Assembly (NCBI GenBank): GCA_963782055.1
Contig: CAWAIF010000003.1
Location: forward strand, 6,080,001 to 6,144,000
Length of the DNA stretch: 64,000 bases
Source of the DNA: an uncultured delta proteobacterium
GTDB taxonomy: Bacteria > Myxococcota_A > Polyangia > Polyangiales > Polyangiaceae
Direction of reading: 5' to 3'
Below are positions 19,456 to 28,395 of the stretch, piece by piece. Under the pieces are notes generated by a model. That model was given only the letters and a program-made list of their open reading frames with translations, ran no database searches and was not told the origin of the DNA. The translations under genes and the position numbers were made by a program. Positions within the stretch are counted from its first letter, which is position 1, and each line of letters opens with the position of its first letter.

Positions 19456-20472
19456 ATGCAGTTTGCACGGATCGCGGCGGTGGCGGCGGCTCTCGGGCTG
19501 ACCGCGGTGGCCCCCCGCGCCGGGGCCGACGTGACCCACGTGGTGGCCCGGGGCCACACGCTGACGGCCATCGCCCACCGCTACCACGTGACGGTCAAGG
19601 CCATCATGACCCGCAACCACATCAAGGACGCGCGGCACCTGCGGATCGGCCGGGTTCTGGTGATTCCGGGCGTGAACCCCACCCGGGAGCAGCACGGCCA
19701 CGGCGCCAAGGCCTCCCATGGGCACACCCGCCCACACAGCTACGCCACCCGCGCCAAGACGCCGGGCGTGGTCCACCTGAAGCGCCTGGCCACCGACGAG
19801 AAGGCCACCGTCCGGCTGCTGGACCGCCGCCGACGCGTCCCGCCGACAGCCCTCAAGCGGATGCGCCACATGATGCGCTACCCCGACGGGGAGACGCACG
19901 CCATCGACGGGCGGCTGCTGGCCCTGCTGGCGATCGTCTCCGATCACTTCGGCAGCAGGCCCATCGAGATCATCAGCGGGTTCCGGCCCTACCGGCCCAC
20001 CCAGTACACCCCGCACTCCAAGCACAACATCGGCCACGCCGTCGATTTCCGCGTGGTGGGCGTGCCCAACGAGGCCGTGCGCGATTTCTGCCGGACGCTG
20101 CACAACACCGGCTGCGGCTACTACCCCAACAGCGTCTTCGTCCACATGGACAGCCGGAGCGCGCCGGCCTACTGGGTCGACTACGCGCGCCCGGGGGAGC
20201 CGCCCAAGTACGACAAGCCCAACTCCGGGGCGGACGAGAGCGGCTCGGATGTCGCCAACGAGCAGCACATCGCCGCGCCCAAGGAGCCGGATGGCGCCGC
20301 TGCGGACCCATCGCGGCAGGGCGACAGTCCTCCGCCGGACGCGAAGGACTCGGACGACGGGAAGACCGACACGCCGGCCAACGCGCCCGCGGACGGAAAG
20401 AACAGCGCTCCGCCCCCTGCCGCCTCGGCCTCGGGGTCAGCCGCGACCCCCCCGCCGAAGCCGAGCCACTAG
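19456..20472 (+). CDS. LysM domain + peptidase M15/YcbK (DUF882) family peptidoglycan peptidase
   Basis: Signal peptide; HVVARGHTLTAIA LysM; ISGFR..SKHNIGHAVDF..FVHMDSR. Confidence 0.85.
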   Translation: MQFARIAAVAAALGLTAVAPRAGADVTHVVARGHTLTAIAHRYHVTVKAIMTRNHIKDARHLRIGRVLVIPGVNPTREQHGHGAKASHGHTRPHSYATRAKTPGVVHLKRLATDEKATVRLLDRRRRVPPTALKRMRHMMRYPDGETHAIDGRLLALLAIVSDHFGSRPIEIISGFRPYRPTQYTPHSKHNIGHAVDFRVVGVPNEAVRDFCRTLHNTGCGYYPNSVFVHMDSRSAPAYWVDYARPGEPPKYDKPNSGADESGSDVANEQHIAAPKEPDGAAADPSRQGDSPPPDAKDSDDGKTDTPANAPADGKNSAPPPAASASGSAATPPPKPSH

Positions 20473-20772
20473 CGGCCAGGCGTGCCGAGAGCGGGGGCCC
20501 CTCCCCATTTTCCGGGCAAATGCTTGATTGCTAGCGTGCTTGCAATGGACGGAACACATACCGTCCGTTCGGACGGATACTCCTTTGGCGGGTGTGGTCA
20601 CGTCCGATTGTCAGCAGGCTTGCAGTGGGACGGGTGAAAGCGCGGGTGGGGGCGAGGGGGGGCTGCTGCGTGAGTCATTCGTGACCTGGCAGGCTGGGGG
20701 TTTGTGGTCACCAGCGACCGCAATCGGTCGGCCTGGCGGCCGTAAGATACTGAGAATAGGCGTTAATGTTGC

Positions 20773-20789
20773 TTGGCACGCTTGTCGCA
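20773..20789 (+). promoter_or_regulatory. sigma54 -24/-12 promoter
   Basis: TTGGCACGCTTGTCGCA, GG-N10-GC, about 30 bp upstream of the sigma factor ATG in an AT-richer intergenic region. Confidence 0.75.
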
Positions 20790-20818
20790 ATACCTCCTCC
20801 GCGAAAGGCAAGGATGCG

Positions 20819-21418
20819 ATGACCGCCCAGCTTCACAACCCCACGGCCCACGAGGTCACTCAGTTTCTTCCGCTCGTCTACAAGACGGTCGCGCGGATGG
20901 CCGGGCGTCTTCCTCCCAACGTGCTCCGCGACAATCTCATCGCCGCCGGCACCTACGGCCTGCTCGACTCCCTGCGTCGTGATGGCGGCGAGCGCGGCCC
21001 GCAGTTCGAGTGGTACGCCCGCATCCGCATCAAGGGGGCCATCGTCGACGAGCTGCGCGCCCAGGACTGGCTGTCGCGGCGGGCACGCGGCCGCGTGACC
21101 GCGGCCGGCAAGAGCGAGACCCCGTCGGAGCGTGCCACCGTCGTCGGCTTCGACGACCTGCCGGGCCGCAGCGGCGCCAACCTGACCGACGCCAACGACC
21201 CGTCCCCGTCCGACCTCGTGGAGGAGCAGGCCGAGCGCCGCGCCCTGCGCGAGGCGGTGGGCGAGCTGCCCGAGCGCGAGCGCTACATCGTCTCGATGCA
21301 CTACTTCGAGGGCGTGCAGCTCAAGGACATCGCCCGCAAGCTCGGCGTGAGCGAGCCGCGCGTGTCGCAGCTCCACGCCCGCGCCGTCTCGATGCTGCGG
21401 CAGAAGATGGCGGCCTGA
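20819..21418 (+). CDS. FliA/WhiG (sigma28) family RNA polymerase sigma factor, shortened
   Basis: Region 2 FEWYARIRIKGAIVDELRAQDW; region 4 LPERER..GVSEPRVSQLH; 199 aa. Confidence 0.87.
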   Translation: MTAQLHNPTAHEVTQFLPLVYKTVARMAGRLPPNVLRDNLIAAGTYGLLDSLRRDGGERGPQFEWYARIRIKGAIVDELRAQDWLSRRARGRVTAAGKSETPSERATVVGFDDLPGRSGANLTDANDPSPSDLVEEQAERRALREAVGELPERERYIVSMHYFEGVQLKDIARKLGVSEPRVSQLHARAVSMLRQKMAA

Positions 21419-21440
21419 GCGCCGCTCCCGCCACCTGGCG

Positions 21441-24062
21441 CTACTTCCGCGCCTCGAAGTGGAAGGCCCGCGGCTTCATCGCCTTCGCCATCACGAACAG
21501 GCGCGTCTCGGGATCGCGCGCCACCGGCGGCGCCCCCGTGCCCGCCCGGCGCACCGGGGCCGTCGACGAGACGCCGCGGTCGAGGAGCACCGCGCGCGTG
21601 CACCTGGCGTGCGCCAGCGCCTCGCCGAGCGGCGCCGGCGAGAGCGTGTCGCCGCGCGCCACCATCACCCGACCGTCCGGCGCGATGCCCAGCACCGCGT
21701 GCGGCTGGGCGCCGTCCGCCTTGCGGAGGAAGGACAGCCTGGCGTCGGTCGTGAGCTGGCCTCCATCCAGCACCAGCGGCAGCTCCACCGCGTCGACACC
21801 CGGCCCGGCCTCCAGCGCCTCGGCGCCCGTCAGGATGGCGAGCCGCCCGCCCCGATGCACGACGAGCACGCCCATCCCCGCGCCTCGCCGCACCGGGAAG
21901 ACGTTCTTGCCGGAGATGATGAGGCCGCGCGGGCGGTCGTCGCGAGCCACGCCCATCCCCACCGTCATCACCACCTTGGCCTCGTCGCCCGCGTCAATCT
22001 CGTGCGGCGGCGCGCTGCCGGTGCCCGCGTCCGGCTCCGCCGTGCCCGCCGCGACGGCGAAGGTGGCGCGCCCGCTGACGACGCTGACGACCGAGACCGC
22101 CGCCCCATGCTCGGTGACGCCGGCCTGCCAGAGCCCGGGGCTCCACGCCGGCGGCGGCTGCGTCCCCGCGTCCGGCTCCCACGCGACGCCGTCCAGCGGC
22201 GCGGGCGTGGGGTCGCGCATGAGCATGTAGAAGAAGTCCTTCGGCGCGTACTCGATGTAGCGGTCCGTCGACACCCCCATGAGCGGGGTGAGCAGCTCGG
22301 AGTGGTAGTCGTGCGTCTTGAGGTCGTGGATCGTGGTGAAGATGAAGCCCGTGTGGTGCGGGTTCATGTCCAGGTGGATGGCGTAGTCGCAGCCCGCCGC
22401 CAGCAGCGCCTTGCCGAGCGAGGTGGCGTTGGTGTCGTCGCCCCACCCGTACATCATGTGGCCGGCGCGCGTGACGCACATGGCGCTGCGCTCGGTCTCC
22501 ATCGTGGTGCCGGGGAGGGTGTAGCCCCAGAGCAGGCGCTTGGTCGGGTTGACCTTCCCACCGTCGACGAGCGGGTCCAGGTTCTGCCGGAAGGAGTCGA
22601 TGTCGGCGTCGGGGATCCCGAGCAGCCCGCCGATGTCGGTCGTGTTGCCCCAGGTGCCGAAGCCGGCGCGCCCGTCGGCGAGCACCACGACGGTGGCGGC
22701 GCTGGGTTGCGGGGGCAGCAGCACGCGCTTGTGCACCATCATCCCGTAGTTGCCGTGCTCCGTCTTGAAGGCGCCGTTGAACGCCGCGACGACGCGGGTG
22801 AGCACCGCCGGGTCGCGCGGGAGGCGCCCGGGGCCCGCCGCGCCGGTGAGCGGCTTGGGGTCCTCCGTGCCCGCCTCCATCTGCAGGTCGAGCTGCCGCA
22901 TGTCCATCGCGACCAGGATGATGTGCGTGTACGGCCGCGCCTCGTCCGGCCGCACGAAGGTCTGGTAGAAGGCCGGCGGCGGCTTCCCGCCCGCCGGCGC
23001 GGGGAAGCGCTTCATCCACGCGGGCTGGAAGGGCTTCCACTGGCCCTCCCCGGGCTCCGCGGTCTTCCAGATGGAGGGGATGTCGGCGGGCGGCCAGGCG
23101 CTGTCGTCGGAGAGGTTGGCGGTGTCGAGCACCTTCGGCGGGACGGCGGCGAGGGTGTCGGTGTCCGTCGGCCCGTGGAGCTTGAAGGCGGTCTGCTTGA
23201 GGGTGTCGCGCGCGGCGAACACCTTCTCCTCCAGCCAGGCGATGGGGGCGGGGCCGGTCACCGCGCGCACCGTGTCCACCGCCCAGAAGATGAAGCGCTT
23301 GGGCAGGTGGCGCGCGGGCTGGGCGTGGACGCCGTGGACCGGCGCGGCGAGATCTCCGTGCACCAGGTCGAGCGCGGCGTGGCGCGTGCCCACCCTGTCT
23401 CCCAGGTCGATGGCGAGCGCGCTGTCCCCCAGGGTGAGGCCCAGGCGCTCCGGGGGCTGCTCGAAGGACACGTCGATGCGCCCGACGCCCACGCCGCTGC
23501 CGGTCTGCTGCAGGTTGGTGACGTACGCCGTCGCACGGTCGAGGGGCTTGATCGCGGTGTTCTGCGCGCCCTCGCCGCCGAGGTAGAGCGCGGTCACGCT
23601 CTGCTCCTGCCCGTAGGCGTAGGTCGCGAAGGCGGCGCGATCGCCGCGCACCACCAGCGCGTGATCGTCCCCGAGCGGCGTGTCGGTCAGGTCGTGCGCG
23701 CCGCCCAGGGCGACGGGGTGGCCCTCCGGCGAGACGCGCACGCGCACGCGCCACACGTCCCGCGGACCGCCGGGCGTGGCGCTGGAGAGCACCAGCGCCC
23801 AGCGCCCGAGCACGTAGTCGGAGAGCTCGCCGCCGGACGGCTCCCAGCGGACGTCCTGCGGCGCCACGTGACCGGAGGTCGCCTCGCCCATCGCGTCGGC
23901 GAGCGACTGGATGCTGTTGCCCGGCGCGCCGCCGCGCGCGAGCGCGACGGCGACCGCCGCTCCGGCGCCGAGCAAGGCGACCCGGGCGTGCAAGGCCACG
24001 TACGTTTGCAGGGAGATCTCGGCCACGGTGTCACGTCGAACGCGCCGCGGGGGCGCTTGCAT
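21441..24062 (-). CDS. Large membrane/exported protein with phosphodiester glycosidase (NAGPA/DUF2233)-like domains
   Basis: AAFNGAFK, RQNL.PLVDGG, ERSA.CVT, AIHLDMN; second degenerate copy (AVLGIAPDG..AVLLDRG); start uncertain. Confidence 0.65.
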   Translation of the reverse strand: MQAPPRRVRRDTVAEISLQTYVALHARVALLGAGAAVAVALARGGAPGNSIQSLADAMGEATSGHVAPQDVRWEPSGGELSDYVLGRWALVLSSATPGGPRDVWRVRVRVSPEGHPVALGGAHDLTDTPLGDDHALVVRGDRAAFATYAYGQEQSVTALYLGGEGAQNTAIKPLDRATAYVTNLQQTGSGVGVGRIDVSFEQPPERLGLTLGDSALAIDLGDRVGTRHAALDLVHGDLAAPVHGVHAQPARHLPKRFIFWAVDTVRAVTGPAPIAWLEEKVFAARDTLKQTAFKLHGPTDTDTLAAVPPKVLDTANLSDDSAWPPADIPSIWKTAEPGEGQWKPFQPAWMKRFPAPAGGKPPPAFYQTFVRPDEARPYTHIILVAMDMRQLDLQMEAGTEDPKPLTGAAGPGRLPRDPAVLTRVVAAFNGAFKTEHGNYGMMVHKRVLLPPQPSAATVVVLADGRAGFGTWGNTTDIGGLLGIPDADIDSFRQNLDPLVDGGKVNPTKRLLWGYTLPGTTMETERSAMCVTRAGHMMYGWGDDTNATSLGKALLAAGCDYAIHLDMNPHHTGFIFTTIHDLKTHDYHSELLTPLMGVSTDRYIEYAPKDFFYMLMRDPTPAPLDGVAWEPDAGTQPPPAWSPGLWQAGVTEHGAAVSVVSVVSGRATFAVAAGTAEPDAGTGSAPPHEIDAGDEAKVVMTVGMGVARDDRPRGLIISGKNVFPVRRGAGMGVLVVHRGGRLAILTGAEALEAGPGVDAVELPLVLDGGQLTTDARLSFLRKADGAQPHAVLGIAPDGRVMVARGDTLSPAPLGEALAHARCTRAVLLDRGVSSTAPVRRAGTGAPPVARDPETRLFVMAKAMKPRAFHFEARK

Positions 24063-24149
24063 CCCCGAGTAAGCGCGCGAGGCCGGGCCGTCAACATTAC
24101 GGCGCCCCCGAACTTGGCCCGCGCGGCGAGGGCTTCGTAAGAACGGCTC

Positions 24150-25064
24150 ATGCGTACGGCGCGCCTGGCGCTGGTCGTCGCGACCAGCTTGCTCGCAACG
24201 GGGTGCATCGAGTCGATGCTCACCAACGGCACCATCGCCTCCACCCGCGAGGCCTCCGACGTGCTCGACCAGATGGGCGACTTCGAGCTGGCGAAGAGCG
24301 CGGTGCAGGCGGGCAACGTGCAGAGCGAGGGCTTCCACAAGCTCGCGCCGGACAACGAGGACGCCCTCTTCATGCTGGTGCAGGGCTGGGCGGGCTACGC
24401 GTGGGGCTTCTGCGAGGACGACATGGAGGTCGCCCAGGACGCCGGCAACGACGCGCTCGCGGAGTACCACCAGAAGCGCGCGAAGATGGCATACGACCGC
24501 GCGGTCTTCTACGGGCTGGAGCTCATCGGCCACAAGGACGGCGGCTTCAAGGACGCGAGCAAGAGCGAACCCAAGCTGCAGGCGTGGCTGAAGGACCACT
24601 TCGACAGCGAGGCCGACGCGCAGAACCTCTTCTGGCTCGGCTACGCGTGGATGTCGCGCGTCAACCTGCTGCAGGACGACCCGGCGATGGTCGCCAACCT
24701 GTACATCGGCGTGGACTTCATGGAGCGCTCGATGGAGCTCGACCCCGACTACTACGGGTCGAGCGCGATGGTGGCGATGGCGGCGTACCACGGCCGCGCG
24801 GCGAACGCGGAGGTGGCGGAGGCGCGCAAGCTCTTCGACCAGGCGCTCGCCAAGACGCACCGCAAGGCGCTCACCGTGCAGCTCACCGAGGCGCAGTTCG
24901 CGTGCACCATCGGCGACAAGAAGCTCTACGAGAGCCTGCTGCGCGAGATCCTCGCCGCCGACGACCCCGACCCGGCGCAGCGGCTGAACAACATGCTCGC
25001 GAAGCGACGGGCGGCGCGGTACCTCGACCCGAAGCGGGAGATGGACTGCGGCTTCCTCGAGTAG
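24150..25064 (+). CDS. TRAP/TPAT transporter TatT (T-component) lipoprotein
   Basis: Lipobox LATGC; all-helical TPR-like; C-terminus RLNNMLAKRRAARYL resembles TatT proteins. Confidence 0.75.
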   Translation: MRTARLALVVATSLLATGCIESMLTNGTIASTREASDVLDQMGDFELAKSAVQAGNVQSEGFHKLAPDNEDALFMLVQGWAGYAWGFCEDDMEVAQDAGNDALAEYHQKRAKMAYDRAVFYGLELIGHKDGGFKDASKSEPKLQAWLKDHFDSEADAQNLFWLGYAWMSRVNLLQDDPAMVANLYIGVDFMERSMELDPDYYGSSAMVAMAAYHGRAANAEVAEARKLFDQALAKTHRKALTVQLTEAQFACTIGDKKLYESLLREILAADDPDPAQRLNNMLAKRRAARYLDPKREMDCGFLE

Positions 25065-25080
25065 CGCGCGCCCCGGGCGA

Positions 25081-25674
25081 TCAGCCGCGCTTCGTCTTGC
25101 GTCCTCTCGGCGGGTGGAGCGTCTCCCCCTTCGCGCACATCGTGACGAAGCGGGCGATACGCTCGGCGCGCGTCTCCGGCTTCTTCGCGCTCTGCACCCG
25201 GTAGAGGATGGCGTAGCGGTTGGCGCGGTCCAGCTCCTCGAAGAAGGCGCGCGCCTTCGCGTTGCGCGCGAGCGCGGCGGCGAGATCGTCGGGCACGGCG
25301 GCGCTCCTCGAGCCGTCGTACGCCCGGTCCCACCGACCGTCGCTGCGCGCGCGCTCCACCTCCGCCACGCCCGGCGCCGCCATCTTGCCCGCGGCGAGCA
25401 GCGCCTCCGCCCGGGCGCGGTTGATCTTCGACCACGGGCTCTTCGCCGTGCGCGGCGTGAAGCGCTGCAGCCACGCGGTCGCGTCGAGCGCGCGCTTCTG
25501 GCTGTCAATCCAGCCCCACGCGAGCGCCGCGTCGAGCGCCTGGGCGTAGGTGATCCCCTTCGCGCCAGGCCCCTTCGGGATGCGCAGGAGCACGCCGCCC
25601 CGCTCGGTGTGATGTGCCGCCAGCCAGGCGTACCACTCCGCGGCACGCCCGAACGTCAGGATGGTCTCCGCCAT
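25081..25674 (-). CDS. YdeI/OmpD-associated family protein
   Basis: WYAWLAAHH, WGWIDS, RFTPR..SPWSKIN, AKKPETR..RI. Confidence 0.88.
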   Translation of the reverse strand: MAETILTFGRAAEWYAWLAAHHTERGGVLLRIPKGPGAKGITYAQALDAALAWGWIDSQKRALDATAWLQRFTPRTAKSPWSKINRARAEALLAAGKMAAPGVAEVERARSDGRWDRAYDGSRSAAVPDDLAAALARNAKARAFFEELDRANRYAILYRVQSAKKPETRAERIARFVTMCAKGETLHPPRGRKTKRG

Positions 25675-25730
25675 GGGCTCACCTCCTGGCACCGGCGCGC
25701 CCGGGCGTCTTGCAAAATCCCGTCACGACG

Positions 25731-26897
25731 TCACGTGCCGGCGCGATCGACCCGCTCCGCCACCCGCCGGATCCCCTCGGCGAAGCGGTCCTCGGGCGTC
25801 AGCAGGCTCACCACGACGAACGCCTCCTGCGCGAAGTCGAAGAAGGCGCCGGGGTGGACGTAGACACCGCCCTCGAGCAGGGCGAGCGCCCACGCCTCCT
25901 CCGGTCGCGTGAGCGGGAGGCGCAGCGTGGCGTACCAGCCGCCCTCCGCCGACAGCAAGGTGACGGCCGTCCCGGCGAGCAGCTGCCGCGCCGCCTCCAG
26001 GTTGGCGCGCGTCCGCGCGCGGATGGCCCCCGCCGCGCGCTCCCGGGTCGCGAGCAGCGCGGGGAGCGCCGCCTGCACCGGCGCGCCCACGGAGAGGTAC
26101 GCGTCGGCAATCCACTCCAGCCGCCGCAGCGCCTCCGCTGCCTCCCCCGGCGGGCCGGCGACCACCGTCCATCCCAGCTTCATCTGCGGCAGGGCGGCGA
26201 GCTTGGACAGCCCACCCAGCGCGAACACCAGGGAGTCGTCACCCTCCCGCGCGACGCTGGTGACGCGGCGCTCGTCGCCGCCCGCCGCCGCGTCGGAGAG
26301 CGGGTAGGACGCGAAGACCTCGTCGCACACCAGCGGCAGGCCGAGCGACCGCATCGCCGCGAGCTCGCCCGCCTTGAGGAAGGAGCCGGTGGGGTTGTTG
26401 GGGCTCACCGCCAGCACCGCGCGCGTGCGCGCCGTTCGCGCGCGGCGCAGCGAGTCGGTGTCGACGTGCCACGCGCCATCGTAGCGGAGACGGTACGGCG
26501 ACAGGCGCACGCCGTTGAGCACGGCGAGCTGGCCGAAGAGCGGGTAGCTCGGCGCGGGGACGAGCACCTCGTCGCCGGGGTCGCAGAGCAGGGTGAAGAG
26601 GAAGGCGTAGGCCTCGCTGGTGCTGGCGGTGAGCACGACGCGCGAGGCGTCCGCCCCCACCTCCCGCGCCACCGCCTCCCGCGCCGCGTGCGTGCCGAAC
26701 GCCGCCGGCTCGTAGACGAGGGCGCCGGGCGACGCGAGGGCGGAGGCGACGGCGGCTCCGTCGTAGGGGATGCCCGCGGTCGTCGGGTTGGAGACGGTGA
26801 GGTCGAGCACCTCGAGGCCCGCGGCGCGCCGCGCGGCGAGCGCCCTCGCCAGCGCGTTCGGCTCCGGGTCGTGCGCGCTGCGCGCCGAGAAGCTCAA
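25731..26897 (-). CDS. PLP-dependent aminotransferase class I/II
   Basis: LDLTVSNPT, SPNNPTG, DEVF, GGLSK..KLGW; TTG start overlaps the upstream stop. Confidence 0.88.
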   Translation of the reverse strand: MSFSARSAHDPEPNALARALAARRAAGLEVLDLTVSNPTTAGIPYDGAAVASALASPGALVYEPAAFGTHAAREAVAREVGADASRVVLTASTSEAYAFLFTLLCDPGDEVLVPAPSYPLFGQLAVLNGVRLSPYRLRYDGAWHVDTDSLRRARTARTRAVLAVSPNNPTGSFLKAGELAAMRSLGLPLVCDEVFASYPLSDAAAGGDERRVTSVAREGDDSLVFALGGLSKLAALPQMKLGWTVVAGPPGEAAEALRRLEWIADAYLSVGAPVQAALPALLATRERAAGAIRARTRANLEAARQLLAGTAVTLLSAEGGWYATLRLPLTRPEEAWALALLEGGVYVHPGAFFDFAQEAFVVVSLLTPEDRFAEGIRRVAERVDRAGT

Positions 26898-27334
26898 GGC
26901 GACGACCGCACCAGGCGCTCCCCGTCGACGGTCATCACCCACTCCGAGCCGTCCAGGTGAGGCGGGTCGGTGACCTTCAGGCGCTTCTCGTGGACGAGGA
27001 GGTTGATCACGATGTCGTCGCCGGCGAAGCCGAGGAGCGCGCCCTTGTAGGACTCCTTGGCGCCGCCCTTCGCGTGGGTGTAGTCGATGCTGCCGCGCCG
27101 GATGACGAGCGTCGTGTGCGGGCCGGTCCACTCGCCGACGTAGTCCATCTTGCCCGGGGGGATGGACGCGTCGGCCATCGCCGCGGCGTGGGAGGCCGCC
27201 GCGCGCGCCCCCGACTGCAGCGCGCGGATCCCGCGGTAGGCGACGTAGAAGAGGACGACGCCGCTCAGCACGAGCGTCGCGGCCATGATGGCCATCACCG
27301 CGTAGAGCTTGTTGTTGGGGGCCCTCTGCGGCAT
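26894..27334 (-). CDS. Hypothetical membrane-anchored protein
   Basis: N-terminal TM; YVGEWTG; tightly packed between neighbours. Confidence 0.65.
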   Translation of the reverse strand: MPQRAPNNKLYAVMAIMAATLVLSGVVLFYVAYRGIRALQSGARAAASHAAAMADASIPPGKMDYVGEWTGPHTTLVIRRGSIDYTHAKGGAKESYKGALLGFAGDDIVINLLVHEKRLKVTDPPHLDGSEWVMTVDGERLVRSSP

Positions 27335-27337
27335 CGG

Positions 27338-28324
27338 CTAGCGGCCGTGCCTCGCCGCCTCGTCGTAGACGGCGGGACTGAAGGTGGTCCCGCGGAGCCG
27401 CGCGCGCGTGTCGGCGAAGAGCTTGTTCCACTGCGCGACCTCCGCCGCGTTGGGCGTGTACGCGGTCATCCGCTGGCGGCGCCGCGCGAAGGCGGCGTCG
27501 TCTTCCCGCCGGATGCTCGTCGTCAGCGCGCGCGCGGCGACGCGCCCCGTGTCCATCACCGCGGACTGCGCGTCCGGCGGGAGGGAGCGCATGCGCCCGA
27601 GCGACATGAAGAGCGCGCCGATCTCGAAGTGGGTGGGGAGGGTGTCGATGTGGTCCAGTCGGGCCGCCCACTGGAGCTGCTCGGCGACGAGCGGCGGCAC
27701 GTTGATGACGTTGACCTGTCCGGCGGTGAGCGCGGAGAGGACCTCTGTCTCGCTCATCGCCTGAGGCGTGATGTCGCCCAGCACCGAGTAAAAGACGGGG
27801 TCGACGGGGTCGCCCGGGATGAAGAAGGTCTTCCGGTGCTTCACGTCGGCGGGCGATCGCACCGGGTAGCCCCCCGACATGAAGCGGCCGGTGCCGATGT
27901 CGCCCCAGCCGACAATCTTGAAGCCTGCCTTCTCGAAGCCGGCGTCCATCGTCGGCTGGAGCGCCTGGCGCGCCTCGTCCAGCTTGGCCCACGAGGGGAA
28001 GAGGCCGGGGAGCTGGAAGACGAGGCACTGCTTGTAGACCTGACCGAGGCCGATGGCCGTGACGGCGGCGCCGTCGAGCTGGCCAGTGCGCATCTTGGCG
28101 ACCATCGCCGCCTCGTCGCCCTGCGTCGCGTTCCAGAAGAACTGGATGCGCACCGCGCCGTGGGAGCGCTCGGCGGTGGCGCGCGCCCACACCTTGAACA
28201 CCTTGCCCCACGGCGACGCCGGCGGCGCGACGGTCCCGAACTTGAGGACCACGCCATCGGCGCGGGCGGCCCGCGCGGGCACGAGGAGGCAGAGCAGCGC
28301 GAGGAGGGGGAGGAGCTTCCTCAT
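27338..28324 (-). CDS. TRAP substrate-binding protein DctP (TatP-like)
   Basis: Signal peptide; LKFGTVAP..SPW, QGDEAAMVAKMRTGQLDGA. Confidence 0.85.
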   Translation of the reverse strand: MRKLLPLLALLCLLVPARAARADGVVLKFGTVAPPASPWGKVFKVWARATAERSHGAVRIQFFWNATQGDEAAMVAKMRTGQLDGAAVTAIGLGQVYKQCLVFQLPGLFPSWAKLDEARQALQPTMDAGFEKAGFKIVGWGDIGTGRFMSGGYPVRSPADVKHRKTFFIPGDPVDPVFYSVLGDITPQAMSETEVLSALTAGQVNVINVPPLVAEQLQWAARLDHIDTLPTHFEIGALFMSLGRMRSLPPDAQSAVMDTGRVAARALTTSIRREDDAAFARRRQRMTAYTPNAAEVAQWNKLFADTRARLRGTTFSPAVYDEAARHGR

Positions 28325-28395
28325 GGCGCGGCCGAGCTTACACCTCGAGCGCGACGAAGCCGAGCGTCGCGCCGCGTGCTACGGTGCGCGGCCGC

